Shown here: in pieces, positions 1 through 12,899 of the stretch
Layout: the number at the start of each line of letters is the position of its first letter
Position numbering within the stretch: position 1 is the first letter of the stretch
Assembly (NCBI GenBank): GCA_951406725.2
Contig: OX597839.1
Location: 23,994,001-24,058,000 of the forward strand
Reading direction: 5' to 3'
Source: Octopus vulgaris
Lineage: Eukaryota
Length of the DNA: 64,000 nucleotides
Notes under the pieces: model-generated
The model's input: the letters and a program-made list of their open reading frames with translations, nothing else
Databases searched by the model: none
What the model was told of the DNA's origin: nothing
Translations under genes and position numbers: made by a program

Positions 1-599
1 TAGGTTTGAAAGTATCAGAGAAGTCAATTTTTAGGGGAGACGATGAGTGGCTATGAAACGGGAGCAAATAGGGAGACGAGACAAGGCTAAACGAAAAACA
101 TTACATGAATGGTATGTTGAAAACTGAAAGAAAATATGAATAGAGGGTACTGAAAGGAAAATATGAGAGAGAAATTGAAGGAAACTGAAAGAATAGTGAT
201 TATACGTGCAGAGGGTAGTAGGAAGCGAGGTTGAAAGAAGAAATCTTAACTTTTAGCCGTTCATGAGCTGTGCATGTAAACATTAACCAAATTTTAATGA
301 TTCGGTGGGGCATGGTCAAAAGTCGGTTGGGGACCACTGCTGTAGACTATACAACACAATTATACACTAGTCAAAATAAGGGCCATCATCATCGTTTCTA
401 GCACAGGTTGGATGGTTCAACAAGAACAGTCGAGCAAGAGGGCTCTGTCAGGTTCTAGGTCTTTTTTGTGGCATGGTTTCTACAGCTTCATGCTTTTCAT
501 ACAGCACCAGTGAGGTCACCAAGTATTTGCAAGATTCTCCCCGACCCACTGAGCAAGGATATAGAGTGGAAGAGAAACTACAGCAGAGAGAGAGTATTT

Positions 600-1165
600 C
601 TTTATTCACCATAAGGTTGAGAAAAAGAGGGGACAAAACAAACGTTGGGGTCAGGGTATCGAATGAGACGAAACGTATGAATAAACAAACAATTAAAATA
701 TATACAATTAAATGATAATGAGTGATTAACAAAAAAATGAAGCGGAGGACGTGGTTGACCCCACAAACCACAGACTCACACTGAAGACTTTGCTTTCTCC
801 TTTTTCACATTCTTGATTAAACAGGTTCTTTCACTCGCAACATACTTTGCGACAGGCATTTCTTCTCCAGCCTTATTTTCCGTTTCATGTGGAAAACGAA
901 AAAGTCGATTAGCTCGAGACTGGAGATAAACATGCCTGTTGCAATTCCTTTTACTCTCGTCTTCCACACTACTTCTTTCGCCATAGCAACTACCGAGAGA
1001 AAACAGGCTCGCTCCTCCCTATTCAGGGAGGTCAGCGGAACTATCTTCATTACAGATTCGCTCGACAGTTGTACTCTTCTCGAATGCGACAGCAGGTGTT
1101 CGACATAAACCTGAGTACAGTCACCTTGGGGCATTGCACAATCGCGTGCAGGAGTACAGCAGAGA
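600..1165 (-). mobile_element. L1/Tx1-like LINE ORF2 C-terminal fragment
   Basis: LHAIVQCP zinc-knuckle end, then (after a frameshift) VYVEHLL...VAMAKEVVWKTR...FFVFHMKRKIRLE. Confidence 0.55.
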
Positions 1166-2069
1166 GAGAGGAACAGGTGTCTTATCATCATCATTTAATG
1201 ACTGTTTTCCATGCTAGCATGGGTTGTATGGTTTCACAGGAGCTAAGCAAGCTAGAGGGCCTAGTTTCTACAGCTGAATGCCATTCCTAACACCAACCCA
1301 CTTTACAGAGTGTGTTGGGTGCTTTTTATGGGGTCCCAATAAGGTCACCAAGTCCCCATGAGGTAAGACTCCTCAACTGGAGAAACGAGAAACTATGATA
1401 GATGAGGGGAAGCAGGCTTCTAATCATCACATCATTTAAGGACTGTTTCTCCTGCTGGTATGGGTTGTATGGTTTGATTGGAGTTGGCAAGGCCTAGGAG
1501 CTGCTCTGTATTTCTTTGTCTGCTTTGGCAAGGTTTCTACAGCTGGCTGCCCTTCCTAATGCCATCCACTTTACAGAGTGCAACTGGGTGCTTTTTATGT
1601 GACACTAGCACCAGTGAGGCTGCTGAGCACTTGCAAGAAAAGACCCCCCCTCAACTGAGCGGGGTATGGACGGGAGGAACAAAAAAAAAAAACTGTGATA
1701 GAGCAGGTATCAACACCCATTTTCCATGCTGGCATGTGTTGGATGGTTGGGCAGGAGCTGCACCAGGCTCCAGTGGTTTGCTTTGGCATGGATTCTACAG
1801 CTGGATGCCCTCCCTAATGCCAACCACTTAAAAACAATACTTCAGCAATATGTACTCATCTAATCCATGCTAGCAGACAAAAAGCAGGCGTAAAACTTGA
1901 ATGGATGTGGGAGAAATTGTAATACGTACCACAGCTTCGAGTGACCGTGTATGACGGAACTTGAGGCAGTTTTCGTAGTTGGTTTTCCACTTGTCACAAT
2001 CAATATATTGACCAAACACATAATACTGATGGAAGCGGCCCTTCATACCTGCAAAACAAACCAGTTACT

Positions 2070-2470
2070 CGTTTAGTTAGTTAGTTAGTTAGTTAATTTG
2101 GCTCAAAAGCAAATAGCAAGGCCATGTAGGGGAACATGGAACACAGGGTGGTGTTCATGTAAAGAGTTCAGGCCACTTGAGGTCAAGGGAGGCTTTGAAC
2201 AAAGCGGTCGTCGGCATCTTCACCATCTCGTCTGTCAGCTTGTTCCACGGATCCGCAACCCGGACGGAGAAAGCTCCTCTCCTTTGATTGAGATGAAATC
2301 GTCGCAGGTAGAGCTTTTCAGAATGACCCCGCAGCCGACGCTCTGGAGCAGGAGTGAAGAACAGCTCTTTCGAGAGGTTACACTTTCCGCTTATGATGTT
2401 GTGAGCGAGAATGAGATCACCACGGCGGCGGCGTTTTTCTAGAGAATAAAGGTCGAGCATCCTCAGCCTT
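2070..2470 (-). mobile_element. CR1-clade LINE 3' fragment with (TAAC)n tail
   Basis: LDLYSLEKRRRRGDLI...RLRGHSEKL...FSVRVADPWNKL is a typical CR1 ORF2 C-terminus. Tandem tail at 2070-2096. Confidence 0.85.
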
Positions 2471-3364
2471 AACGTTTTTTTTGTAGTTAAGGAGTATTTG
2501 ATATAAGATCAGGGTTAACAAAGCCCCAAGCATGGTTACACACAGAATCCTGATGGGGGTCAACTCAGGGTCGGTTTAATTAATTAGTTAAGAGTTATCC
2601 ATGTCAATGGTCTGTAAATTCATTAACATGTTTTCATAACTCATACACTGGTTTGACTTCTAGCTGGAAATAACAGCCAAAATCTTCATCAAAACAATAC
2701 TAGTCTTTACAAAAGGGAAGGACACCTTATATACACTATACCTGAAAACAATAAAGTGAGGTAATCACAGCTGCCCCACATCTGGACGGACCTGGGGCTA
2801 CACAATAAATAACAGGACCACTCCCCCCACCACTACACACACAGTTATATATCAGTAAGAAACCTAAAACAATGTCCCTGGAAATGACTCACGTACTTTT
2901 ACATTCTTGGTATTCATCTTGGTACACCTCACAGGGACGTAACTGAAAGACACAAGACATAGAAAAACAGGTTAAACAGATTTTTTAGGGTTTTCTCTGG
3001 AAATTTTCTATAGAAATCAGAGCCAGATGTCATCATCATCATTTAAGCCCCTTTTTGTTTTTATGGGTTGGCCAGTTTGACTGGAATTAGTAAGCTGCCC
3101 CTGGTTTCTATAGCTGGACACCCTTCTTAACACCAACCACTCAAAGAGTGAAATGGGTGCTTTTGATGTGCCACTGGCATGAGTGTCATATGCCACGATG
3201 CCAGCCACAGCCACAACTACGATTTCACTTGGTCTAACAAGTCTTCTCAAGCACTGCATACTGCCAGAGGTCTCAGTCACTTGTCATTACCTATGTGAGG
3301 CCCAACATTTAAAGATCACGCTTCAGCCCCTCGCCACTGTGGGGTCCAACGTTTTATAAATGAA

Positions 3365-3519
3365 CGTGGCTGTGTGGTAAGTAGCTTGCTAACCAACCAC
3401 ATGGTTCCGGGTTCAGTCCCACTGCGTGGCATCTTGGGCAAGTGTCTTCTGCTATAGCCCCGGGCCGACCAAGGCCTTGTGAGTGGATTTGGTAGACGGA
3501 AACTGAAAGAAGCCCGTTG

Positions 3520-3573
<54 letters not shown>

Positions 3574-3795
3574 CGTGTATGTTTGTGTGTCTGTGTTTGT
3601 CCCCCTAGCATTGCTTGACAACCGATGCTGGTGTGTTTACATCCCCGTCACTTAGCGGTTCGGCAAAAGAGACTGATAGAATAAGTACTGGGCTTACAAA
3701 GAATAAGTCCCGAGGTCGAGTTGCTCAACTAAAGGCGGTGCTCCAGCATGGCCGCAGTCAAATGACTGAAACGAGTAAAAGAGTAAAGAGAGAGT
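3365..3795 (+). mobile_element. SINE family A (tRNA-like head GTGGCTGTGTGGTAAG, internal TA/TG microsatellite)
   Basis: Head with A/B-box-like motifs and many near-identical copies in the window. Confidence 0.85.
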
Positions 3796-4554
3796 ATATT
3801 AAGAGAGCAACTGAAGACAGAAAACTTGGTGACGGGTGTCAAGGCTTATATTCCAGGTGCTCCTGGAAATATTCCCATTCGCCCATTTCCTATTTTTCTA
3901 TCTTCAATTGCATTGTCCACACAGGTGTATTCATATACGAAAGATTGTGCAGGCTCTGATTTGGAAGCAATATCTTGTAGAGATAAATTTAACGAGTGAA
4001 TGATTAGTCCTGCTGCTAAGACACAACACTGACTTACATTTGAGAGATAATCCAAATTCTGTAACAATTGTTTATTCACATTAGCTTGAATTAATCATGC
4101 ATAATCTCATAGCTTTGATATTTCAAAGATGGGATTGTTTATTTTTAGAACGACATTGTAGGGCAGGTGTGAAGGGCCTGATCAAGCTGGTGTGACCATA
4201 AAACAAGTAGAATATTGGGGCTGAATTTGGCCAGTTTAAATGCTCAAGGTTTACAGCTGAGTGGATTGGAGCGACATGAAATGAAGTGTTTTGCTCAACA
4301 CTACACTATCTGGGGATTGAACCCATGATCTAGCAATCGTGAGTGCAACACTTTAACCACTAGGAATATAATGACAAAATATTTGCTGGATCCAAACTCC
4401 TTCAAGACAACATCACACTCTGCTGTCATCCTTGAACGCAGGTTCACTTTAGAAGGAAATACAAACTTGATGCTATATTGTGGTTGCATCACAAAAGACA
4501 CTGTCACTACCAGGATTAATTTTAAATAACAGTTTCTCTGTGTGTGTGTGTGTG

Positions 4555-4980
4555 TATATCAGTTCATCCCATAAGTTCTGTCCAATTTTACCTTTTTTAA
4601 AATTGAATGAAATTCAAAAGTGTTTTAGAATGACTAATGGAATTAAAAATTATTCTTATGCATTTGTGTACATTTAAACTAATTGAATATTATTTTACAG
4701 AATAATAGAATTAAAATGTCTTCTTTGATTAAAACCCTTTCTCACATAAATGTATCCAAAGAGCATTTGAGGCCCATAATGCTTTATGAGTACAAAAAAG
4801 GAAACTCTGCAGCTGAAGTGACTCGAAACCCTGCACTCAGTTTATGGGGGGAAATGCTTGAATGAAAGAGGAATGAAACATGAGAAAGTGGAAATGTTTT
4901 AGAAAACAAAGAACAGAGAATTATGGCAGAACATGCCTGCTGCCTCTGTCCTCCGAATTTCTGGACATGGCACCTAAAAG
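4555..4980 (+). mobile_element. Tc1/mariner transposase remnant
   Basis: KEHLRPIMLYEYKKGNSAAEVTRN resembles the mariner N-terminal HTH. A degenerate LP...PDLAP-like motif lies at about 4940-4975. Confidence 0.65.
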
Positions 4981-5063
4981 AAAGCTTCCACATATACATC
5001 ACACGCCCATACAAGCACAGTCTTCTCTCTTCCATGCCTGGTTGGTCAATGGTTACTCTATTC

Positions 5064-5561
5064 GGATCTTTTCCTTTTGAACGGCACTTTTAGCCTTTCG
5101 TTTTTTTTCTTAATTGTTAAATTAATTTAAGGATAACAATTCAGAAAAAAAAAACGAAAGCAATGGAAAATAATTTAAACAATTAACAAACAAAATAATT
5201 CTATAATTTTATACACACGCTTTCCGTACGAATACATAACGAAAGCAAAAACTCAAAACAAAAACAAAACGAATAATTTTAGACACACGCGTAACAATTA
5301 AGAAAAAAAAAAAAACGAAAGGCTAAAATTTAGGGTTAGGGTTAGTGACAGGATGTTGTCTCAGTTTTAGACGCAGCAAATGATTTTAGCTCAAAAGAGA
5401 GCATAGGATTGGTTAAAATTCGAAAAATTAAACTACGTTAAACAAACAAATTACAATTTTCTCAAGAGAAAAAAATGTTTTATTTTGACACATTCTATCA
5501 GTATACGAGTTTAGTTAACTAGAAATTGTGTTGAAAAGTGCCGTTCAAAAGGAAAAGAACC
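5064..5561. mobile_element. Non-autonomous DNA transposon with GG termini and 8-bp TSD (Merlin-like)
   Basis: 28-bp TIRs GGATCTTTTCCTTTTGAACGGCACTTTT with one mismatch. TSD CTCTATTC at 5056-5063 and 5562-5569. Confidence 0.8.
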
Positions 5562-5829
5562 CTCTATTCTACTTCGTTTTTCTTTCCACTCACTTGGACA
5601 TCGTTGTTTCTGCGACCTGACATTCGAGAATCGAAGAAAATGGGAAGGAAAAAGGGGCAATAACTGGGTCAACGTCCGTAGCCGTTATGAATGGGTTTTC
5701 TAAACTGATTAAAGAAATATTCTACGATTACGTTTTAAAGTATTTAGGGTGGAGAAGAGAATTAAAAGGGGAAGTAAGAATGGCGATTCCATCAGACTTT
5801 AGACCAACAAAAGGTTTCTAGAAATATCT

Positions 5830-6055
5830 ATTTCGTTATTACCCACAAGGGGCTAAACACAGAGGGGACAGACAAAGGGGTTAAGTCGATTATATCAACC
5901 CCAGTGTTTCACTGGTACTTAATTTATCGATCCCGAAAGGATGAAAGGCAAAGTCGACCTCGGCGGAATTTGAACTCAGAACGTAGCGGCAGACGAAATA
6001 CTGCTAAGCATTTCGCCCGGCGTGCTAACGTTTCTGCCAGCTCTTCGCCGCCTTA
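5830..6055 (-). mobile_element. SINE family C (head GGCGGCGAGCTGGCAGAAACGTTAGC)
   Basis: Recurs at 7190-7540, 7757-8160, 39950-40160 (+) and 41375-41815 (-). Confidence 0.75.
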
Positions 6056-6474
6056 GAAATATAACCATACCACTATTGAAAAGGTTGCAAGACGCAATGA
6101 AAATTTTAGAAAAAATAAATAAGTAAATGAGTGGAAATCAAATCAGTGAATGTGTTAAACTAAAAGAGAATGACCCTCCCCAGACACAACATTGGAATAA
6201 AAATGGTAAAAATGCTGATTTGATGGGGAATTAAGACAAAGGGAGACAACTGAGACTTCTCAATGTGTCATGTCAGAGCTACACACACGCAATCTCTCTC
6301 TTCACGATTCTGATGGGTTCTGAATGGTGTAAGTTATCGACAACAAATCTATTGATTACGGTAACTATGGATATTTGTTCAATTAAATCAGTAGCATTCT
6401 ATATTTCTGAGGTGAGGAATTATTTACAACGGACGGATTGGTGTCCTCACCCTGTTCGTTGGGCACTCCTTTAG

Positions 6475-6980
6475 TACAGGGGTCCCAACGCATCAACGTA
6501 ACGATATGGAGGGGAAGTAATCTAGTTTTACCAAAACTACTCTAAGGGGCTCCACAATATCGTCTGTTTTTGCAGTGCACACTCGTTGGGGTTAGTTTTA
6601 GGTAAAACAAGATTACCTCTCTAGATTACATAGATGCGTCGGGACCTCTGTATTTAAGGAGTACCGTTGTCTGTTCTGCTGGAATTCCAAACCCAACCCT
6701 TCATTTGACTAATGAGGTACACTGTCCTCGTTCCTATGGAATTCTTTTTCGCTGATGTTATTTTTGGTAGATATTTTGGGACATGGAAAGTAATATCTAC
6801 AAAGAGTAACACCAGCAAAAAGAGTACGTTAGGAGTGAGAACAGAGTACCCCATGAGTCAAATAAAGGGTTGGGTTTGAAATTCCACCAGAACACCTGAT
6901 GAAGGCTAGGGAGCACACCAGCTAAAATGTTGTGATGATAACAAACGAGGTGAGGACAAATATCCGTCCATTGTAAATAA
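6475..6980 (+). mobile_element. Penelope-like element end with inverted segments and a decayed hammerhead core
   Basis: Inverted pairs 6475-6540/6592-6652 and 6672-6720/6846-6894. aacac-CTGATGA-aggct...agct-aaaat-gtt-gtg at 6891-6934. Confidence 0.45.
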
Positions 6981-7756
6981 ACCAGTGTTCTTCATCCAAT
7001 TTTTACCTATGGACCCCTTTTGGTTCCTATTTTTCTTGGAAAAAATGTAGAAATGTAAATGTTTTGGGGGCTGAAGGGTAAAGTTATCGAATCTGTACGT
7101 AAAGAATGGTCAAAGATCACAAAAGAAACGGTGTACGACATTCACTCAGTTGAATTATTTTATTTAAGTGACTACAAATATTAATTTCAAATTTTGGCAC
7201 AAGGCCAGCAATTTGGGGAGTGGGGGTACATCGATCGGTACAACAGAGGTCCCTTAACGGTACTACTTAAATACAGGTACAAAACATTTTAAATGTACGC
7301 TGTGTGGACGTGTAATGACATCTTCCCTTCATCTCATTACGTAGATGCATCGGGACCTCTATATTTTAGTAGTGCCCATCGACCCCCAGTCCACAACTGG
7401 TATTTATTTTATCGACTCTCAAAAGAATAAAAGGTAAAGCTGATCACGTCGGAATTTGAACTCAAAGCGTAAAGACGAACGAAATGCCACTAAGCATTTT
7501 GTCCGGCATGCTAACGATTCTGCCAGTTCGATGCCTTAAAGCGAATGTCAGGACATTAAACAAACGGGATTAAATGCCGTTTTATAGAATATTTTATAAA
7601 CAATAAATCAGCAAAAACCTCGGAAATTAAGTAGACATCCAAGGATTCCACGCATGAAAGAGTTATAAATACTTTGCGAGCCAACGAAGGGGAGAAGAAT
7701 GTGATTGCTAATTAATTAAACTGATATAATTACCGTTTTATTGTATTTTTATATAT

Positions 7757-8160
7757 TTCTTTACTACCCACAAGGGGCTAAACATAGAGGGGACAAACAA
7801 GGACAGACATGGGTATTAAGTAGATTGCATCGACACCAGTGCATAACTGGTACTTTATCGACCCCGAAAGGATGAAAGGCGAAGTCGACCTCGGCGGAAT
7901 TCGAACTCAGAACGTAGCGACGGGCGAAATACCTATTTCTTTATTACCCACAAGGGGCTAAACACAGAGGGGACAAACAAGGACAGACATGGGTATTAAA
8001 TCGATTACATCGACCCCAGTGCGTAACTGGTACTTAATTTATCGACCCCGAAAGGATGAAAGGCAAAGTCGACCTCGGCAGAATTTGAACTCAGAACGTA
8101 ACGGCAGACGAAATACCGCTGAGCATTTCGCCCGGCGCGCTAACGTTTCTGCCAGTTCGC
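7757..8160 (-). mobile_element. Tandem dimer of SINE family C
   Basis: Two head-to-tail units at about 7757-7930 and 7933-8160. Confidence 0.75.
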
Positions 8161-8386
8161 CATCTTTTACAGTTTTATCGTATGTTTTTATAAAGAAAAA
8201 CTAGGCGAAGGTAAAGAATACGGGATACGCACACCCGGGGATAAAATAAGGAAAAGAGAGCAAACAGACGAGTCGGGTAGACAGAGTCTGCAGTTGAAAG
8301 CTAAAAGTTCGTGCAGAATGAAACGTTTGTGGAGGTGGCTGGGGGGGAGGTGATATCCTCATCGTTTGAGAGGATTCCAGCATTTC

Positions 8387-8840
8387 ATAATAATAATAAT
8401 GAAATTATTGTATACAGTGCTCAGGTGCACCACAACTTGTCAAAAGTGCGTATAAAGTACATGCAGTAATGTAGAAATGTCTGGAAAGCGAACAATGTAT
8501 GAGTCAGATACATGCTTGTGTGTGTATGGAGGGGAGAAAATCAAGTGTAGTGTTGGCGAATCTCAGGAAGCATGGAAGTTTTGAAGGATGCAGTGCTCCG
8601 ACAACTAACAACCGATGCCGGCAGTTTGTTCCATGTTTCAGCAACTCTCAGCGTGAAAAAATGTTTCCTGAAGTCATGGGAGCTGTGCTGTTTTCTGACT
8701 TTGTAAATATGTCCACGGGTGTTAGATGGGTGGAGTTTGAAGAGGTGCTCAGAGTTATTGTCTGTGCGATGGTTGATAATTTTATGGGTGTCTGCCAAGT
8801 CAGCTGCCAGACGTCGGAGTTTCAATGTGTCCATTCCCAG
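8387..8840 (-). mobile_element. CR1-clade LINE 3' fragment with (TTA)n tail
   Basis: TLKLRRLAADL...TRGHIYKV...RKHFFTLRVAETWNKLP. A second copy lies at 49747-50123. Confidence 0.85.
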
Positions 8841-11334
8841 GGAAGTAAGGCTTAATAAGATTATGGCAAATGCCTGTTTGCAAATGACCTTCCCTGTTTT
8901 GTTCGGAAGGTCGGTGTCAAGGTAAGTATTCGATATCCTGAAAACAGTAAGATTCTAATATGGACAGCTTAATTTGGATAAGTAAAATACGTTAAACGAG
9001 ACGAAACAGCAGTAAAATAAATTGGAATTTTTATCTTTCTATGAATATTTCGAGGTTTGCGAAGACAAAACGGTTAAAGACAGAAAATAGAAATTGGTGA
9101 AGAGGACAAAACGAAAAGAAAAATGAATGAAATCATTGATATTAATAAAATAAAGGAAGGAATTGTGTAAATACCATCCAAATATCTTCTGGGAGATCAT
9201 TTAAGTCGGTCGAGTCGAGGTCGTCGGCTCCGGGAGGTGCCATGCTTGTTAGAGAAACGGATTACTGCGAGGCTGAATGAAGTCGACCAATATTTCACGG
9301 GAACTTCAGACGAACAACAATATGAGCAGCTATTCATGGCATTACAAAATTGTCGAAACTATAATAATTAACGACCGCTAAAAATATTTAGGATAATTAA
9401 AAGACAAAGACGAGTAGGGGTTTTAAGCCATGTATATACCTTTTTGGAATCGGGAATGATCCCAGGATTGAAAAATCTGCTCTTCATTTGACTCTTGAAA
9501 CATCCAGCATTTGGGATGAGGTCTGAAAGACGATTTCTTTTACGCTTACAGGCGAACATTCAAATTTTAAAAGAATTCCAAAAATTTGTGAACAAATTTT
9601 TCAATTAAACTGAAATGAAAGTAAAACCATATTGGTTGAGGAGTAATGCTCTATTGGTAGGGTACGAATAAAGGCTCTCTTTCGTTTGGGGGTCACAGAC
9701 CCAATTAATACTCCGGAGGTCCGGACAGCTTTTAAGCTAATATGTATTAAACTAGATTAAGTAAATAGATATAAGCGTGGCTGTGTGGTCAAAAGCTTGC
9801 TTCCCAGCCACGTGGGTCCGGGTTCGGTCCCACTGCATACCTTGAGCAAGTATCTTTCTTCTACTATAGCTTCGAGAGTCGATTTGGTAGGTAGATATTG
9901 ATAGAAGCCCGTCGTGTGTGTATATATATATATATATGTGTGTATATACATATATGTGTATATACATATATATGTGTATATACATATATATGTGTATATA
10001 CATATATATGTGTATATATATATGTAATTATTACATTATATAAAAGAAGCCCTTTTATATAATGTAATAATTTGAATTCGCCTTAAATGGTCCCTTTGCA
10101 TACTGAACACTTGGTGAAATTGATTAATAATTAATTAATTTTACCCTCAATTATATATATATGTATATATATATGTGTGTGTGTGTGTGCGCGCGTTTCA
10201 CCACCACTGTGTTAGTGTATTTACAACCCATAATCTACCGTTTCGGCAAAGAAGGCCGATAGAATAGGTAGCAGGGTTTTAAAAAATAAGTCCTGGGGTC
10301 GACTCATTCGACTAAAAATTCTTCGAAGCTGTGCTCCAGCATGGCCGCAGTCTAATAACTGAAACAAAGCAAAAAAAGAAAAGAAAAGATGTCTCAGCTC
10401 CAAACCAAATTGACATTTTTTAGATATATCGTAGTTATCTCCCTTACCCCCTCGTTTACCTGCAAATCCTTAATCCTCAAAGTGGTCATTCGAAATGCTT
10501 AACATAGCAGCTAAATCTCTCTCGTATCATACTTTGTCGTCTTAAATATAAAAATGGAGGAAGGAAGGATTAGATAATGCAATTCCAGACACACTGTTCG
10601 GAAGAAAAGAAAAGCAGTGGTGGAATGGATCTCCTGTTGTAGGGTGACATGAAGCTAAACAACCACAAGTAGAATGAGCCGCCACGATTTAGGGGAGGAG
10701 CATTTAGCGGAGAAGCTGGTCTGTGATTCCGAGATAGGGTTTTACGCAGGGCCGGCTGAAGGTACTGACAACTTGAGCAGTCGCCCAAGGAGGGCGTGAC
10801 AAAGACAAGGAAATTTCTACGACCATCAGCTTGCACACACCAGAACTTTTTCCCCACGAGAGTTCCGGACCCCAGTAATGAACTCATTTGCATACAGCCA
10901 ATCAGAGCTCACCTTGACCTTGTTGTCGAGTTAACAAACACACTCTACCAAGTAAACCCAAGACGAAGAACAGTGTTGTAAGTCGACCAATCGCCAAGTT
11001 ATGGTGGATAAATGCATCACAAGACTTTCACTCCTTCCCCATAAAATCCCATTTGAATATACAAGGCTGTGACTCCCTGTCTGTATAGAGCGATGATTTT
11101 CAAGAGAGGCCCTTATGAAACCTGAGGATCCATATAAGATTTTTGAGGTCCACACAAGAGAAATAGGAAATTGGGGATTCATGGTAGAATTCTTAGAGTT
11201 CATAAAAAAATTTTGCTTTTGATTTGTTGATTTCAAGAAACAGCCAGGTTTCTTTCTCTATGGCTTGGGACATCAAGACATGTTCTCTCGGAGAGTGGCC
11301 ATTGCAGAACCACACAAGTAAATGAATGAAAAGC

Positions 11335-11804
11335 AAATATTAAATTTCTAAATCTCTCATAGAGATATGTACGGTGGTGGGGCGATAGGGTGGTTGTATA
11401 CTGTCAATCTAACGTGAACGTGAATTTAATATTTCTGATTTTGGTAATCGGTGAATAAGCTTCACTGAAAATTAGATATATACATTTGCGAATCAGGACA
11501 GATATCCACGGCTGGCGGGCGTCTGCTACTCTAGACCGATGATGGACAATGATCCTGAAACATGCGTGTCTCTAGATGCAGGCCTGGCTGCTGGGGGTGT
11601 TTGTCTCCCCTTCGTAAATGTATATAAGGACACAGGAAAAATGTGTCGAAGCCATCAGGAGGCGTCGAGGCTTCCTAGGGCTAAACAGCGGTGGTGTAAC
11701 CCCCTACTGTCACGTTCACGTTAGATTGACAGTATACAACCATTCTATCGCCCCACCACCGTACATATCTCTATGAGATATTTAGAAATTTAATATTTCT
11801 GATT
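11335..11804. mobile_element. Small non-coding foldback element (Penelope-like pseudo-LTR or retrozyme-like)
   Basis: About 89-bp inverted arms (11335-11423 and 11710-11798), a 17-bp direct repeat (11424-11440 and 11788-11804) and an internal hammerhead-like core. Confidence 0.6.
11530..11576 (+). ncRNA. Hammerhead ribozyme-like motif with a U4-to-C core variant
   Basis: tctaga-CCGATGA-tgga caatga tcct-GAAA-catgcgtg-TC-tctaga: 6-bp stem I, stem II and near-palindromic stem III. Confidence 0.55.
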
Positions 11805-11879
11805 AAAGAGTGTTACCTGTTCAAAGAGTATTTACACCTGAGGAAATCCCAGAACATAGAAGAAAAGACAACACCTAAA

Positions 11880-12164
11880 ATGCAATACACAGAAGTTCTT
11901 CAGCTTATTTATGAGCAACAATTAATTGAAGTGTCCCCTAATATTAGCCCTGCACTTAAGCTGTACTTGACAATGTCTATCACGAGCTGTGAAGTAGAAA
12001 GGAGTTCCCCAAAGCTTTCCTTTGATAAAAATAAATTTCTCTCTACCATGACTGAAGAAGGCTTAAATTCCTTAAGCATGTTGTCTCTGGAAAATGACTT
12101 TGCAAGGAAGCTGTCGGATGACAAAACTGTTGCTTCAACAAACAGAGAAAAGAGTATTTTGTAA
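11880..12164 (+). mobile_element. hAT transposase C-terminal dimerisation-domain remnant
   Basis: PNISPALKLYLTMSITSCEVERS..KL...KN...STMTEEGLNSLSMLSLE. Confidence 0.8.
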
Positions 12165-12806
12165 TTTTCATTTGTATCTTAATGATGCATCATCCCTGTA
12201 TATAACACTTCCCTAATTTCCGACCCCCATAACTCTAAAAGTAGGAGGCATGGCCTGGAAAATATCTCTACTGATCTGCCATGGAACACCCACATCAACA
12301 AAGACATCAGCGATTACTCACACCTCGTTTCTGGTGGATAGAGGGCTCACTTTCAGACTCATTTTGAAGGACTGCACATTACAACTCCACCTTTTAGGCT
12401 ACCAGGGGGACCCCATAACATTTTAAGCTTCAGGGCCCCAATATCATAGATCTGCCACTCTATATTTATAGACACATTGGAGCTTTACTATAGCGTTGTG
12501 AATGTATTGACTGCCATTTCCAGTAAACATTGGTGCTTTGTTGTACCACTGATCCATATATACACATATATATATATGCAGGCAGAATAGTTGGTGGAGG
12601 TTCGTTTTCCATGGCTCCGCAAATGAGATTTGAGCCCAGCAAAAGAAAGGCGTCGTCTGTCAAAAACTGCACACAAAAAAAAAGGGTCATTGGGATTCAC
12701 TTTCTTGATTGTAACATTCTTCTTTGAGTCTTGCATGTGAGATATGTGTGTGTATATATATATATATGTGTCTGTGTGTGTGTGTATATATATATATATA
12801 TGTGTG

Positions 12807-12837
<31 letters not shown>

Positions 12838-12849
12838 GTGTATGTATAT

Positions 12850-12885
<36 letters not shown>

Positions 12886-12899
12886 CCCATCAGCATTAT

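Noticed and set aside
3316-3959. ORFs such as MSSNARGTNTDTQ... and MLGGQTQ... recurring across the window
   Set aside because: They are translations of SINE family A and its dinucleotide core, not genes.
8860-11300. Non-repetitive-looking stretches that might be exons of a neighbouring gene
   Set aside because: I found no recognisable protein motif or consistent splice chain. They are probably old transposon remnants and cannot be classified by eye.
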